DNA from: Chloroflexota bacterium
GTDB taxonomy: Bacteria; Chloroflexota; Dehalococcoidia; Lucifugimonadales; SAR202-VII-2
Length of the DNA: 64,000 nucleotides
Assembly: GCA_003228115.1 (NCBI GenBank)
Contig: QEVV01000004.1
Span: forward strand, 85,175-149,174
Direction: 5' to 3'
Shown here: one piece after another, positions 26,962 through 36,232 of the stretch
Layout of the letters: every line of letters starts with the position of its first letter
Numbering within the stretch: the stretch's first letter is position 1
The notes under the pieces: generated by a model
Seen by the model: only the letters and a program-made list of their open reading frames with translations
The model's database searches: none
What the model was told of the DNA's origin: nothing
Program-made: the position numbers and the translations under genes

Positions 26962-27341
26962 GGGGTGCAGGGGCGCAGCCCCGCGGGCGTTACAGAGGCG
27001 CCCCCTGTATCTAAAAACGTTCGCGGGCGGGCTGACTGGGCACTCAATGCTAGCAACTGGCAAGGAACACCGCCGCTAGTACCCACGAAGCACGTCTAGG
27101 CCAAATGCCGGGGTGCAGGGGCAACGCCCCACCGGGGTCGCAGGGGTGTCCCCTGTATTTAAAAAGGTTCGCGGGCGGGCTGACTGGGCACTCAGGCTAG
27201 CCACTGGCAAAGAACAGCGCCGCTAGTACCCACGAAGCACGTCTAGGCCAAATGCCGGGGTGCAGCCCCGCCGGGGCCACAGGGGTGTCCCCTGTATTAA
27301 AAACGTTTGTGGGCGGGCTGGGTGGGACCTCAACGCTAGCC
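26962..27341 (+). repeat. family-A repeat, three tandem units (starts 26962, 27110, 27257; period 147-148 bp)
   Basis: The core plus a conserved ~50-nt linker (..CTAGCnACTGGCAAnGAACAnCGCCGCTAGTACCCACGAAGCACGTCTAGGCCAAATGCC) is repeated. The third core lacks the first hairpin. Confidence 0.9.
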
Positions 27342-27409
27342 CCAAAATAACCGTCAGCCTTCAATCAAGGGTCGCCACATCCATCCCTGCCAAGCCCGCC
27401 GACGTGCCT

Positions 27410-28819
27410 ATGCTACAATTCCTCCATCCACTCCCTCGGGGAATCCGCCCCTTGACCTCCGACTACCGCAATCTTCCCAGCGTTGACCGGCTTCTGGCTC
27501 ATCAGGAAATTGGCCGTCTGCTGCAAGACTACTCTCGCAACTCCGTCCTAACCCTGGTGCGCCGGAGCTTGGAACAAGCGCGGTCATCCATCTCAAATGG
27601 CGCAACCGCCCCTTCCAGCGACCAGATAGTCGAAGGCCTGGTGGCTCAGGCAAAAGCGCTGTGGAGTCCCTCGCCTAGGCCCGTCATCAACGCCACTGGC
27701 GTCGTACTCCACACCAACCTGGGCCGAGCGCCCCTCAGCAACGAGGCAGTGGAAGCCATGCGGCAAGCAGCCCTGACCTATACAGACCTAGAACTGGACT
27801 TGGAGGACGGCAAGCGTGGATCCCGGCAAGCACAGGTCCAGCAACTCCTTTGCCAGCTCACCGGCGCCGAGGCAGCACTGGTCGTCAACAACAATGCCGC
27901 CGCCGTCTTGCTTGGACTGGTTGCCTTGGCGGAAGGGCGGGAAGTCATCGTCTCCAGAGGGGAAGCAGTAGAGATCGGCGGCGGGTTTCGCGTGCCGGAC
28001 GTGCTCCGCCAGTCTGGAGCGACCCTCGTCGAAGTGGGCACCACCAACCGCACCTATGCGCGGGACTATGCGGCCGCCGTAAGCGACCACACCGCCGCCT
28101 TCCTACGAGTGCACCCGTCCAATTTCCAGGTGACCGGCTTCACACATGCGGCAACGACACCGGAGCTTGCTGAACTAGGCCGAACTCACGGTACCCCTGT
28201 CCTCTACGACCTAGGCTCTGGCTGCCTCCTGAACACGGAACGTTTCGGCCTTTCACACGAGCCCACGCCCCAGGAAGCTGTGGAAGACGGGGCCGACCTA
28301 GTTTTCTTCTCCGGCGACAAACTGCTGGGCGGGCCGCAGGCAGGCATTGTTGTGGGCAAGGAAAAGCTCGTGCAGCAATTGGCCCGGCATCCGCTGGCCC
28401 GCGCTGTCCGCATCGACAAGATGAGCCTGGCGGCCCTCAGCGCCACGTTGCTCCATTACGTCAAAGGGGACGTTCTCGAAGCGGTCCCCATCTGGCGCAT
28501 GATTTCGTCAACGGTTGACGAAATCATGCAGCGGGCGGACGTCTGGCGAGACCGCCTAGGAGCCGACGCCATCGTCGTTGAGGGAGAATCAACCGTCGGA
28601 GGAGGCAGCCTACCCGGCGAGACCCTGCCGACACGCCTCGTTGCTTTGCCCAGCGCCCACGTCGACCAGTTGGCCCTATCACTGCGGCAACAAAGCCCGC
28701 CGGTGATTGGCCGGATCGAAAGCGGCAGCCTCCACCTGGACCCTCGCACGGTGCTGCCTGAGCAAGACGAACCCCTCATCCAGGCCGTTCTGGCAGCCTC
28801 TGTAGGGGCGTTCAATTGA
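27410..28819 (+). CDS. selA: L-seryl-tRNA(Sec) selenium transferase SelA
   Basis: ORF 27260..28819; its first 50 codons lie in repeats, so the start is taken at ATG 27410. LPSVDRLL, VINATGVVLHTNLGRAPL and FSGDKLLGGPQAG (PLP-Lys) motifs. Confidence 0.85.
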   Translation: MLQFLHPLPRGIRPLTSDYRNLPSVDRLLAHQEIGRLLQDYSRNSVLTLVRRSLEQARSSISNGATAPSSDQIVEGLVAQAKALWSPSPRPVINATGVVLHTNLGRAPLSNEAVEAMRQAALTYTDLELDLEDGKRGSRQAQVQQLLCQLTGAEAALVVNNNAAAVLLGLVALAEGREVIVSRGEAVEIGGGFRVPDVLRQSGATLVEVGTTNRTYARDYAAAVSDHTAAFLRVHPSNFQVTGFTHAATTPELAELGRTHGTPVLYDLGSGCLLNTERFGLSHEPTPQEAVEDGADLVFFSGDKLLGGPQAGIVVGKEKLVQQLARHPLARAVRIDKMSLAALSATLLHYVKGDVLEAVPIWRMISSTVDEIMQRADVWRDRLGADAIVVEGESTVGGGSLPGETLPTRLVALPSAHVDQLALSLRQQSPPVIGRIESGSLHLDPRTVLPEQDEPLIQAVLAASVGAFN

Positions 28820-28825
28820 ACGCCC
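28802..28825 (+). repeat. family-B GTAGGGGCG hairpin repeat overlapping the selA stop codon
   Basis: GTAGGGGCGTTCAATTGAACGCCC; stem GGGCGTTCA/TGAACGCCC. Encodes the last selA residues VGAFN plus the TGA. Confidence 0.7.
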
Positions 28826-28907
28826 GACGCCTGCCATCAGCTACTTTGGTCGTTAACGCATGGGATTGCCGACTGTAGAACAGACTCCTGACTCCTCAAC
28901 GAGCAAG

Positions 28908-30068
28908 CTAGCCTCCTGCGTAGCCCACCAACTCAACGAAGCCTCGGCCTTCCACTGGCCGACCTTCCCGTAAACCCCGCACCACCACCTCGCCCTCCCA
29001 ATAGATAGGCGTAATGGGGTCGGGAGGGATAAATTCGGAGTCCTCCACAAGCGGCTCGAGTGACAAGCTCATCCCCAAAGCCTCGATGTCGATTTGCCAA
29101 TTGGAAGGATATTGGCCACCCGTCTTGGGACTCGTCCAGGTCGTGTTGGAGCGCAGCACAATGTCATCGCCATCGATCGTCACAGCGCTTCCATCCTCGT
29201 TGACGAAGGTCGCCAATCTTCCAAGAATCCGGCCGTCTGGCGCCCAAACGCTGAAAAACACAAGCTCCGTGTCATCATTCAACTGCAAACTAAACCAGTC
29301 CCAGCCAACCTCAAACGCCCGGAAGTCTCCCCACTGGTGGTCTAGCCACCCAGAGCCGATGACCTCTTGGCTAACATCCCCAACGGTCAGCATGCCAGTG
29401 ACTTCAAGCCTCGGATACGTGTAGTAGTAGGTCTTGCCGGCCTCGTGAAAATCGAGCAAGCCGTCGCCGCCGTGAAGGACTGGCGGCTTGACCGCAGAGA
29501 AACTCAAATCAAGGTCGTATCCCTCCACCGACCCCGCTAGCGCATACTCCCCATCGAATCCTGCAACCCGCCAGCCTTTGACGGTGGCGGCGAAGCCCTC
29601 CAGAGGATCCTCGCCGAGCTTTTGCCCAAGGACCTGTCCAAAGGTGAATGTCTCCGTTTGGTGGTCTGTAATCGCCAGATGCCCCATCAAGATCTCGATG
29701 GGCACGATATTTCCGCCGAGCTCAAACATCGCAGCATGAAACCCATATTCGGAGCCGTCAGCCGCTTCCAGATACCCGTTGTAGTACCACCACTCCACGT
29801 CCGAAGCATGGGACGCGTCGTCAGCAGGTAGCGCAATGGTCGTCGGAGCGGACGGCATCGCCGTCGGAATGGCCGAGGCAGTCGGCTTTGGCGTAGGCGT
29901 GGGGACGGGGGCGGGAACTACCGTGGCTGAAGGCTGTGGAGACGGTAAAGGCGTTGGAGTTGAAGGCTGGCAGGCTATGAGGGCCAGCAAAAGGCTCAGG
30001 ATGAGTGCGAGAAAAAGAATGCGGATCAAGCGCTGCGGAAACCCAGTCAAGAAGCCGCAACTCCCCAT
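28908..30068 (-). CDS. AttH/CrtC-like (lipocalin-fold) lipoprotein
   Basis: ORF 28908..30266. Start at ATG 30068 gives a signal peptide plus lipobox (LLALIAC). DVEWWYYNGYL motif typical of AttH / hydroxyneurosporene synthase-like domains. Confidence 0.65.
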   Translation of the reverse strand: MGSCGFLTGFPQRLIRILFLALILSLLLALIACQPSTPTPLPSPQPSATVVPAPVPTPTPKPTASAIPTAMPSAPTTIALPADDASHASDVEWWYYNGYLEAADGSEYGFHAAMFELGGNIVPIEILMGHLAITDHQTETFTFGQVLGQKLGEDPLEGFAATVKGWRVAGFDGEYALAGSVEGYDLDLSFSAVKPPVLHGGDGLLDFHEAGKTYYYTYPRLEVTGMLTVGDVSQEVIGSGWLDHQWGDFRAFEVGWDWFSLQLNDDTELVFFSVWAPDGRILGRLATFVNEDGSAVTIDGDDIVLRSNTTWTSPKTGGQYPSNWQIDIEALGMSLSLEPLVEDSEFIPPDPITPIYWEGEVVVRGLREGRPVEGRGFVELVGYAGG

Positions 30069-30081
30069 GAAGACACCACCG

Positions 30082-30747
30082 CTAGCCTCGTCTTCCTGCA
30101 AATAGCCCGTTACGGAACGCGTATGACACCGCCTCGACCCGCGTATGGACATCGAGCTTAGCCAGAATGGGCTGCACGTGGTTGCGCACTGTGGTCTTAC
30201 TGAGGAAGAGGCGGTCTGCAATGTTGTCGGTCCCATAGCCCTGAGCGAGGAGGGAAAGTACCTCAAGCTCTCGGGGTGATAGATCGCTGTAGGAGCCGTT
30301 GGTCACGTATTCCGTGTTGGATTCAGGGCTGGGAGGTGACAACTCTACGAAGCGGCTAAGGCTTTGAAGGAGCTGTTTCGCCTCTACCTCCGTGGTGGCG
30401 TCCCGCATGATGTGAACCAGCACAGAGAGTTCCGGGCGTTCAGAAGGGGCAATGATATGAGCATGAAGATCCATCTCGCGGCCCCACTCTTGTCACGCGT
30501 GAAGACGGTCTGGCCCGCCGGCACCTGCGACCTCCGGGCCTTCAAAATCACCGGACAATTGGGCGCACAATCGCTATCATGCTCAGTTTGGCCCTGCAAT
30601 ACCTCGAAGCATCGCTTGCCCAAGACTTCCTCGGCCGTCCAACCAAGCAGGCGCTGCATCGTTCCACAGAACCACTCGGTGTTCCATATCGACGCCGTAT
30701 ATGCCGTCCTCACTGTCTGCGAGCAGCGTTAGCAGGTCCGTCGGCAA
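30082..30747 (-). pseudogene. PAS-sensor LuxR-family regulator disrupted by two compensating frameshifts
   Basis: Three collinear pieces. TTG 30747 (GGAGG 6 nt upstream) reads ..LLTLLADSEDGIYGVDMEHRVVLWNDAA, then hits a stop. The +1 frame (ORF 30384..30713) reads QRLLGWTAEEVLGKRCFEVLQG...TRDKSG. The original frame resumes (ORF 30082..30474) with LVHIMRDATTEVE... plus LuxR HTH LSPRELEVLSLLAQGY..TVRNHVQPILAKL. Confidence 0.6.
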
Positions 30748-30815
30748 GGCCTACCTCCACGCAACTGGGATGCCCCAAATCGAAAGTACACCCGCCACTA
30801 CGGGGAAGTCAAAGT

Positions 30816-31613
30816 CTATGTCACCCTAAGGGCAACTGCCGTGATGTTATCTATGCCGCCTCTCGCGTTCGCCATGTCCACAAGTTCTTCGCATGCCTGC
30901 TGGGGCCCTGTAGAGGCGACGGCATGTTCGACCTCTGCATCATTGACCAGTCGATAGAGACCATCAGAGCAAAGGAACAGAGCGTCTCCTGACTCCAACG
31001 TGCCAGCAAAGGTGTCGACCCGGACATTTGGAGAGGGGCCAATACACCTCGTCAGCATATTGCGATAGGCGTGCCGTTCAGCCTGCTCCCGGGTCATAGC
31101 CGCAGTCGACACCTGCTCCTCAACCCAGCTGTGGTCAACGGAGATATGGCGAATCCGGCCCTCTGAGACCCCGTAGGCTCTACTATCACCTACGTTCCCC
31201 ACAACGAAGGCAGCCCCGGCCACAACAGCGACCGTGAGCGTTGTACCCATGCCGCGCCGCCCGGACTCCTGCGATGCCTGATAAACATTGGCGTTGATGT
31301 TCCCCAATACTCCCGAAAGGGCCTCCTCCAACTCGTCCGCCGTGGGTGAACCCGGCCCCTTCAACGCCAGCGCCACACCTTCGATCAATCCCTCAATGGC
31401 AAGAGCGCTAGCCACGTCACCGGCTGGGCCACCCCCCATACCATCAGCCACCGCCACCAAGGCGTCGATGCCTACAGGGACATCATCTCCAACCAGAGCA
31501 CAATAGGTGTCCTGGTTGCTCTTCCGCACCTTACCAATGTCAGTGACGGCTCCAAGACTAATGACTGTCGTCACGGTTACTCCAAAGGGCCATCTGAGGC
31601 CAAACTCCCACAT
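30816..31613 (-). CDS. PP2C-family Ser/Thr protein phosphatase
   Basis: TDIGKVRKSNQD, VADGMGG and LCSDGL motifs. The true start is possibly an internal GTG. Confidence 0.85.
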   Translation of the reverse strand: MWEFGLRWPFGVTVTTVISLGAVTDIGKVRKSNQDTYCALVGDDVPVGIDALVAVADGMGGGPAGDVASALAIEGLIEGVALALKGPGSPTADELEEALSGVLGNINANVYQASQESGRRGMGTTLTVAVVAGAAFVVGNVGDSRAYGVSEGRIRHISVDHSWVEEQVSTAAMTREQAERHAYRNMLTRCIGPSPNVRVDTFAGTLESGDALFLCSDGLYRLVNDAEVEHAVASTGPQQACEELVDMANARGGIDNITAVALRVT

Positions 31614-31757
31614 GTCGTCACGGGGTCCACTGCTCGCATACGCAAAGATATGACCGTCGGAGTGAGGACTCTTTGCCAGCTTCCTCTTCCCTAATCGACG
31701 CCGAGACCCGCTGGATACGCTTATACCTTAGTCAAGCGAAACATTGTCCGATCCTTC

Positions 31758-32010
31758 GGGGTGCGGAGCATAGCGTGTCCCAACGGTCAAAGCGTTTGAG
31801 AGTCTGCCCTAACCCAGCCGAAGGGCGGGCTGGGTCGGGCAGCGGCGTCAGCCAGCATAGCTAACCCTCCAGGCAACAAAACGGACCCACCCTTTCGTAG
31901 CCAAGCGGCGCACCCGGGGTGCAGGGGCGCAGCCCCGCCGGGGGTTACAGGGGGTGCCCCCCTGTATAAAAGCGTTTGTGGGTGGGCCGGGCGGGACAAC
32001 AGCATTAGCC
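31758..32010 (+). repeat. family-A repeat, one degenerate copy (31758..31853) plus one intact copy (31916..32010)
   Basis: The intact copy reads GGGGTGCAGGGGCGCAGCCCCGCCGGGGGTTACAGGGGGTGCCCCCCTGTATAAAAGCGTTTGTGGGTGGGCCGGGCGGGAC. The upstream copy keeps GGGGTGCGG... and GGGCGGGCTGGGTCGGGCAGCGGCGTCAGCC. Confidence 0.75.
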
Positions 32011-32112
32011 ACCAATGACCGTCCCTCAAACTCAACGCACCTCAAAACCACAACCAGTCTCTTCTCCCTGAAACACCCAACTCGTAACTGATCCAGGCCC
32101 CACAGTAGGCCG

Positions 32113-33447
32113 CTAGCCCACCACCGTCCCCGCCGCCTCAGATACCGGCCGCCGAGGAGGCTTTGCGAAAAACATAGCGATTATGACGGCGCCGAACAGA
32201 GCAGCGAAAGCCCCAAACGCGATCTCGTAGCTCCCCGTGCTGTCACGGATGGCAGCCGCCAAGATGGGGCCCAGGGGATTGATGATCCCCATAACAGGCA
32301 TGGCAACGCCACGAATGGCGCCCAGGTGCATCCGGCCAAAGTAGTCTGCAAACATAAGGCTGAAGAGCACAGTCCATCCCCCCGTACCAATCCCGTAGAC
32401 AACCGCAAAAAGGACCGCTGTGGGATAGTCGTCAGCCACCGTGAGGATCAGCATGGCAACCACTTGGATCGAAGAAGCAACAATGGCCCCCCGGCGAACG
32501 TGCATGCGCTCGAACAAGAAGCCCCATCCCATCATTGTCACCGCCGAAGTCCCGGCGAAGATGGTGCTCACAGTGACTGCCAGCGCTGTACTGACACCTT
32601 TGTCCTGGAAGTTGGCCACGGCGTGAAAGTTCACCGCAGTCTGAATAAATGCAGCGCCGGCCGTCGCCAGGACGATCAGCCAAAAGGCACGCGTCCGCAG
32701 CGCCGCCCGCAACGTGAAGGAATAGTCGCTCACCGTCTTCCGCGCCCATCGTCCCGTCTGAGGTGCGTTGGCGGCCTCAACATTTTCCGCCGTGTCGCCA
32801 TCAGGTCTAAGACCAAAGTCCTCCGGCCGGCGTCGCAAATACATGAAGGCCGGCACAACGATAAACACAAGAGTGATGCCTGCCAAAGCCACGTAGGCAT
32901 GCCGCCAACTGTAGGCGACCATAATTGGAAGGATAATGAGCGGCATGACGGCCTGCCCGGCCCTCAACCCAATGGAGTAGATAGCCATAGCTCTGCCACG
33001 CCGCCGGACGAACCAGTTGGCCACTGCCACCCCGGTCGCCAGATTGACCCCGGCCATCGCCGCGGCACGACCACCGCCCAGGAAGACCCACATATGCCAC
33101 GGCTCCGACATGGAGGCCAGCCCCAGAATCATGCCCGCCATGACCACTCCCGATATCATGACGATGCCTCGGGCGCCATGCTTATCCAGGAACCGGCCCA
33201 CAACAGCCGAGAGCATAGACCCGACCAGCGAGCCGAGCGTGAATCCCAGCGTAACCTCAAATCTGGACCAGCCCATATCGTCGCCAATCGGTTTGACGAA
33301 GACAGCCACCACCGGCCCGTACATGGCTACATGGAAGAAGCTAACGACAACGGAGGAGTAGACAATTCCCCATCCGTAAAAAACGTTGCGAAAAGGCCAA
33401 AAGATTGGAAGGGACTGAGGGGGCTTGCTGGGAGGAGAATCGCTCAT
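32113..33447 (-). CDS. MFS transporter
   Basis: 444 aa, about 12 TM segments, with a G..LDK.G.R-like loop (GRFLDKHGARG). Confidence 0.8.
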   Translation of the reverse strand: MSDSPPSKPPQSLPIFWPFRNVFYGWGIVYSSVVVSFFHVAMYGPVVAVFVKPIGDDMGWSRFEVTLGFTLGSLVGSMLSAVVGRFLDKHGARGIVMISGVVMAGMILGLASMSEPWHMWVFLGGGRAAAMAGVNLATGVAVANWFVRRRGRAMAIYSIGLRAGQAVMPLIILPIMVAYSWRHAYVALAGITLVFIVVPAFMYLRRRPEDFGLRPDGDTAENVEAANAPQTGRWARKTVSDYSFTLRAALRTRAFWLIVLATAGAAFIQTAVNFHAVANFQDKGVSTALAVTVSTIFAGTSAVTMMGWGFLFERMHVRRGAIVASSIQVVAMLILTVADDYPTAVLFAVVYGIGTGGWTVLFSLMFADYFGRMHLGAIRGVAMPVMGIINPLGPILAAAIRDSTGSYEIAFGAFAALFGAVIIAMFFAKPPRRPVSEAAGTVVG

Positions 33448-33656
33448 GCAGGCGCGACCGTTCGGGAACCTTCATCCACCAATCTTCCGCCGCGAAGACA
33501 GAGCTTGCACACGCGATAGCCCTCAGCGAGCGCCTCGCCAGCATCGCGAAAGGCCACGCGGTTCTGAATGGCTATCCTCCGGGCCGCCGAGCAGTCCGGG
33601 GCACAATAAATCCGGGTCGTGCGGCTCCCAACAAGACCCGCGATAATTTGCGTCAT
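33444..33656 (-). CDS. stand-alone Ada-type zinc-binding domain protein
   Basis: ORF 33444..33728, start at ATG 33656. YCAPDC...N.V.F.....A...GYRVCKLC matches the Ada N-terminal Cys4 domain pattern. Stop overlaps the MFS start (ATGA). Confidence 0.6.
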   Translation of the reverse strand: MTQIIAGLVGSRTTRIYCAPDCSAARRIAIQNRVAFRDAGEALAEGYRVCKLCLRGGRLVDEGSRTVAPA

Positions 33657-33723
33657 GTCGCTAACCTCAAGTGATACAACATCCGGCCTGAGACGTCTCC
33701 GACCGGAGCACACGCCCCCCTTC

Positions 33724-33765
33724 GTCATTTCGACCGGAGCGCAGCGAAGCGGAGATTTTTGTTAG
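33724..33765 (+). repeat. family-D repeat GTCATTTCGACCGGAGCGCAGCGnAGCGGAGA
   Basis: GTCATTTCGACCGGAGCGCAGCGAAGCGGAGATTTTTGTTAG; near-identical copy at 42685. Confidence 0.75.
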
Positions 33766-33934
33766 GTGGCCCGAGCGCCGACGTTACACTTCCATCCGCA
33801 TCACAGCCACCACCCCGGCCACCGCCACACACTATACTACAGCCCGCTTGCCTCGTTCGGGCCTCCCTTTCCGTTTGCGCCCCTACTAGCCCGCTCCCTA
33901 TACTGATGCCGATTTCAACAACCACGGAGGAAAC

Positions 33935-34405
33935 ATGACCACGAACCAAAACCGGGGCGTTCTCGGTGACTACGCGCCGGAGATGACACAGCAGCTAGCA
34001 GAAGTTGGCGTGCGAGCAGCCCAACAAAGAGCAAAGGAGGCGGGAGGAACCACCAGCGTTGTCGTCGTTGATGCAGCGGGCCACCTGGTCATGTTTGTCC
34101 GCGCAGACAAGCGAGGCGTCTACAGCTTCGAGATGACCTTCGGCCGGGCCAGCGCTGCAGCAGCCCTACGCCGCCGCACCGTGGAACTGGAAGGCCTGGC
34201 TACGCCAATCAACCCGCGTTGGGTCTACTACCAAAACCTAATTCAAACCTTCGTCCCCGTGCCCGGTGGATGCCCTGTTGCCCACGACGGCAAGATCATA
34301 GGAGCAATCGGTTGCGGCGGAGACACCGCCGAGCAAGACCAAGCCAGCGCCGACTTTGCGGCCGCTGAGATGGAAAAGGCTTACGCAAAGATCGTCAGCG
34401 GATAA
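33935..34405 (+). CDS. GlcG/HbpS-like (DUF336) heme-binding protein
   Basis: VVVVDAAGHLV.F.RAD and GG.PV...G..IGAIG.GG motifs. Confidence 0.75.
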   Translation: MTTNQNRGVLGDYAPEMTQQLAEVGVRAAQQRAKEAGGTTSVVVVDAAGHLVMFVRADKRGVYSFEMTFGRASAAAALRRRTVELEGLATPINPRWVYYQNLIQTFVPVPGGCPVAHDGKIIGAIGCGGDTAEQDQASADFAAAEMEKAYAKIVSG

Positions 34406-34419
34406 AGTCATGGACACAA

Positions 34420-34455
34420 AAAGCGGGGGAGGCTTCATGAAGCCTCCCCCGCTTT
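34420..34455. terminator. bidirectional hairpin between the glcG-like and hyuB-like genes
   Basis: AAAGCGGGGGAGGCTTC/GAAGCCTCCCCCGCTTT with flanking A/T runs. Confidence 0.55.
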
Positions 34456-34483
34456 AAGATTTCATTGCGGTCAGGAAATCCCC

Positions 34484-36178
34484 TTAGGCCCCCAAGCCCG
34501 CCTCCTGCAGCTCTCGCTGCGACATTCCGTACAGATCGATGGCGTTTTGAGACGACACGATACCATCTTCCACGTCATGGATGACCCGCTCCCGCTCCCG
34601 CTCCTTGGGGTCTCCGACCCCGCCGCCAGCTGGCGCTTCTATACGGACCACGTCACCGGGCGCCAACTCCACGCTCGAGACCATAGTCTCGTGGCGCTGC
34701 TCTTGTGGAGTGCCTGGGTTGATGACAACAGCCCCAACGACTCCATCCATACCACCCTCGGTCCCCTGGGCCACACGCCTGTCTGCACCGCCCGTGAACT
34801 TGGCTGAGCCCTTGAGGAGATAGTCCCGCCGGTAGGATGACCCGCCTCGGAACTTGCCCGCGCCCCCTGTATCAGGTGTAACAGCGAATTGCAGCAGCCT
34901 CACATCGAACTCGGCCTCGAGTATCTCAATGCTGGTGAATCGCGAGGACCCGCTGAACCCGTGGCCCGTGCCTGGCCAACCGTCCCCGCCCTCGAAGGCG
35001 TAACTGCCCGGGTTGAAGATCTCGTATTGAACATAAGGCCTGGCGCTGGCTCCCCGGCTGCCAAGCACCATGGAGCTTTGCGTCCCACCGAAGGAGACAG
35101 CGGGCCTGCCTGACGCCTTAGTCATTGCCCTGTTGACAATGCCTTCAATGGCTCGCAAGTTTTTCGAATAGAAACCAGTGGGTCCGGGATAGATGGGGTC
35201 AACAAGGCTTCCTGACCGGAAGCGGTAGTCGATGACGCCTTGAGATCCCCAATTGTTCGGGATCGAAGGGTCCACCATGGCGGTCAGCGATGATGTAGAA
35301 ATGCCTCGGAGGAAGGGAGGCCGGATGTTTACCGGACCTTCGCTCTGATCGCCTGTGGCGCTGAAGTCCATGATCAGACGATCGCCTTCCTTGATTGCGG
35401 CGACATGCAAGCGAATGGTGCGGCTTGAGTCCACAACATCCCGTATGAACGTTTCGCCCTCGAAAACGCCGTCAGGCCATTCCTCCAGTTCGCGTCGAAG
35501 CCTCTGCTCAGTCCGTTTTCCCAGAAGATCGAAGGTGGATTCCACCACCTCTTTGCCAAACTGGTCCATGAGTGCAATGAGGCGCTCCCCGCCGATGCTC
35601 CAGAGAGCCCCTGCCTGCGCCGTCAGGTCACCAAGCACCAGATGAGGCGACCTGCTGTTCCCTCTGAAGAACTGCTCCGTCTCTTTGATAATTTGATAGT
35701 CACGTTGGAACCGTACCGGGAGGATTTGAAGCCCCTCACCATAGACATCGCGTGCAAGAGTGACCCGGCTCCCCGGTGCAAGTCCCCCAATGTCGCTCTT
35801 GTGGCCAATGCTAGCGCAGAAAGCAACCAGGCTTCCTTCGTAGAAAATGGGCGTCACCACGACAATGTCCATAGGATGGGGAACGCCGCTGTGGTAAGCG
35901 CTATTGATAACGAAGCTGTCCCCTTCCTTCATGTCCTCGTAGTCGTAGAACTCCAGAACCCCGGCGACACAATAGGGATAGGCCCCGTTGTGACCCACAA
36001 CGCTGGAATGAGAGCCAACCAACCTGCCTTGCCAGTCCAGAAGGGCACAACTGAAGTCGTGCGTCTCCCGAATAATGGTGGAGAAGCCGGTGCGGAAGAT
36101 GGCGACCTGCATCTCGCTGACAATACCGTTCAGCCGAGCGCCGATCACTTCTTGGGTTATGACGTCGACGTCTACCAT
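34484..36178 (-). CDS. hydantoinase B / oxoprolinase family protein
   Basis: 564 aa. N-terminus D.IT.EVI...L..I..EM and overall HyuB-like layout. Sits directly downstream of the HyuA-like gene. Confidence 0.8.
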   Translation of the reverse strand: MVDVDVITQEVIGARLNGIVSEMQVAIFRTGFSTIIRETHDFSCALLDWQGRLVGSHSSVVGHNGAYPYCVAGVLEFYDYEDMKEGDSFVINSAYHSGVPHPMDIVVVTPIFYEGSLVAFCASIGHKSDIGGLAPGSRVTLARDVYGEGLQILPVRFQRDYQIIKETEQFFRGNSRSPHLVLGDLTAQAGALWSIGGERLIALMDQFGKEVVESTFDLLGKRTEQRLRRELEEWPDGVFEGETFIRDVVDSSRTIRLHVAAIKEGDRLIMDFSATGDQSEGPVNIRPPFLRGISTSSLTAMVDPSIPNNWGSQGVIDYRFRSGSLVDPIYPGPTGFYSKNLRAIEGIVNRAMTKASGRPAVSFGGTQSSMVLGSRGASARPYVQYEIFNPGSYAFEGGDGWPGTGHGFSGSSRFTSIEILEAEFDVRLLQFAVTPDTGGAGKFRGGSSYRRDYLLKGSAKFTGGADRRVAQGTEGGMDGVVGAVVINPGTPQEQRHETMVSSVELAPGDVVRIEAPAGGGVGDPKERERERVIHDVEDGIVSSQNAIDLYGMSQRELQEAGLGA

Positions 36179-36232
36179 GAAGCCCTCCCAGCCGAACCCT
36201 TAGCTACCAAAACGGAGCGAAGCCTGCACACC

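Noticed and set aside
27410-30068. Selenoprotein gene or SECIS element near selA (in-frame TGA joining two adjacent ORFs), and tRNA-Sec.
   Set aside because: No pair of collinear ORFs separated by a single TGA was seen near selA or elsewhere in the window. No tRNA-like cloverleaf (T-loop GTTCRA context) was found in the intergenic regions by eye. A proper tRNAscan/SECIS search is still needed.
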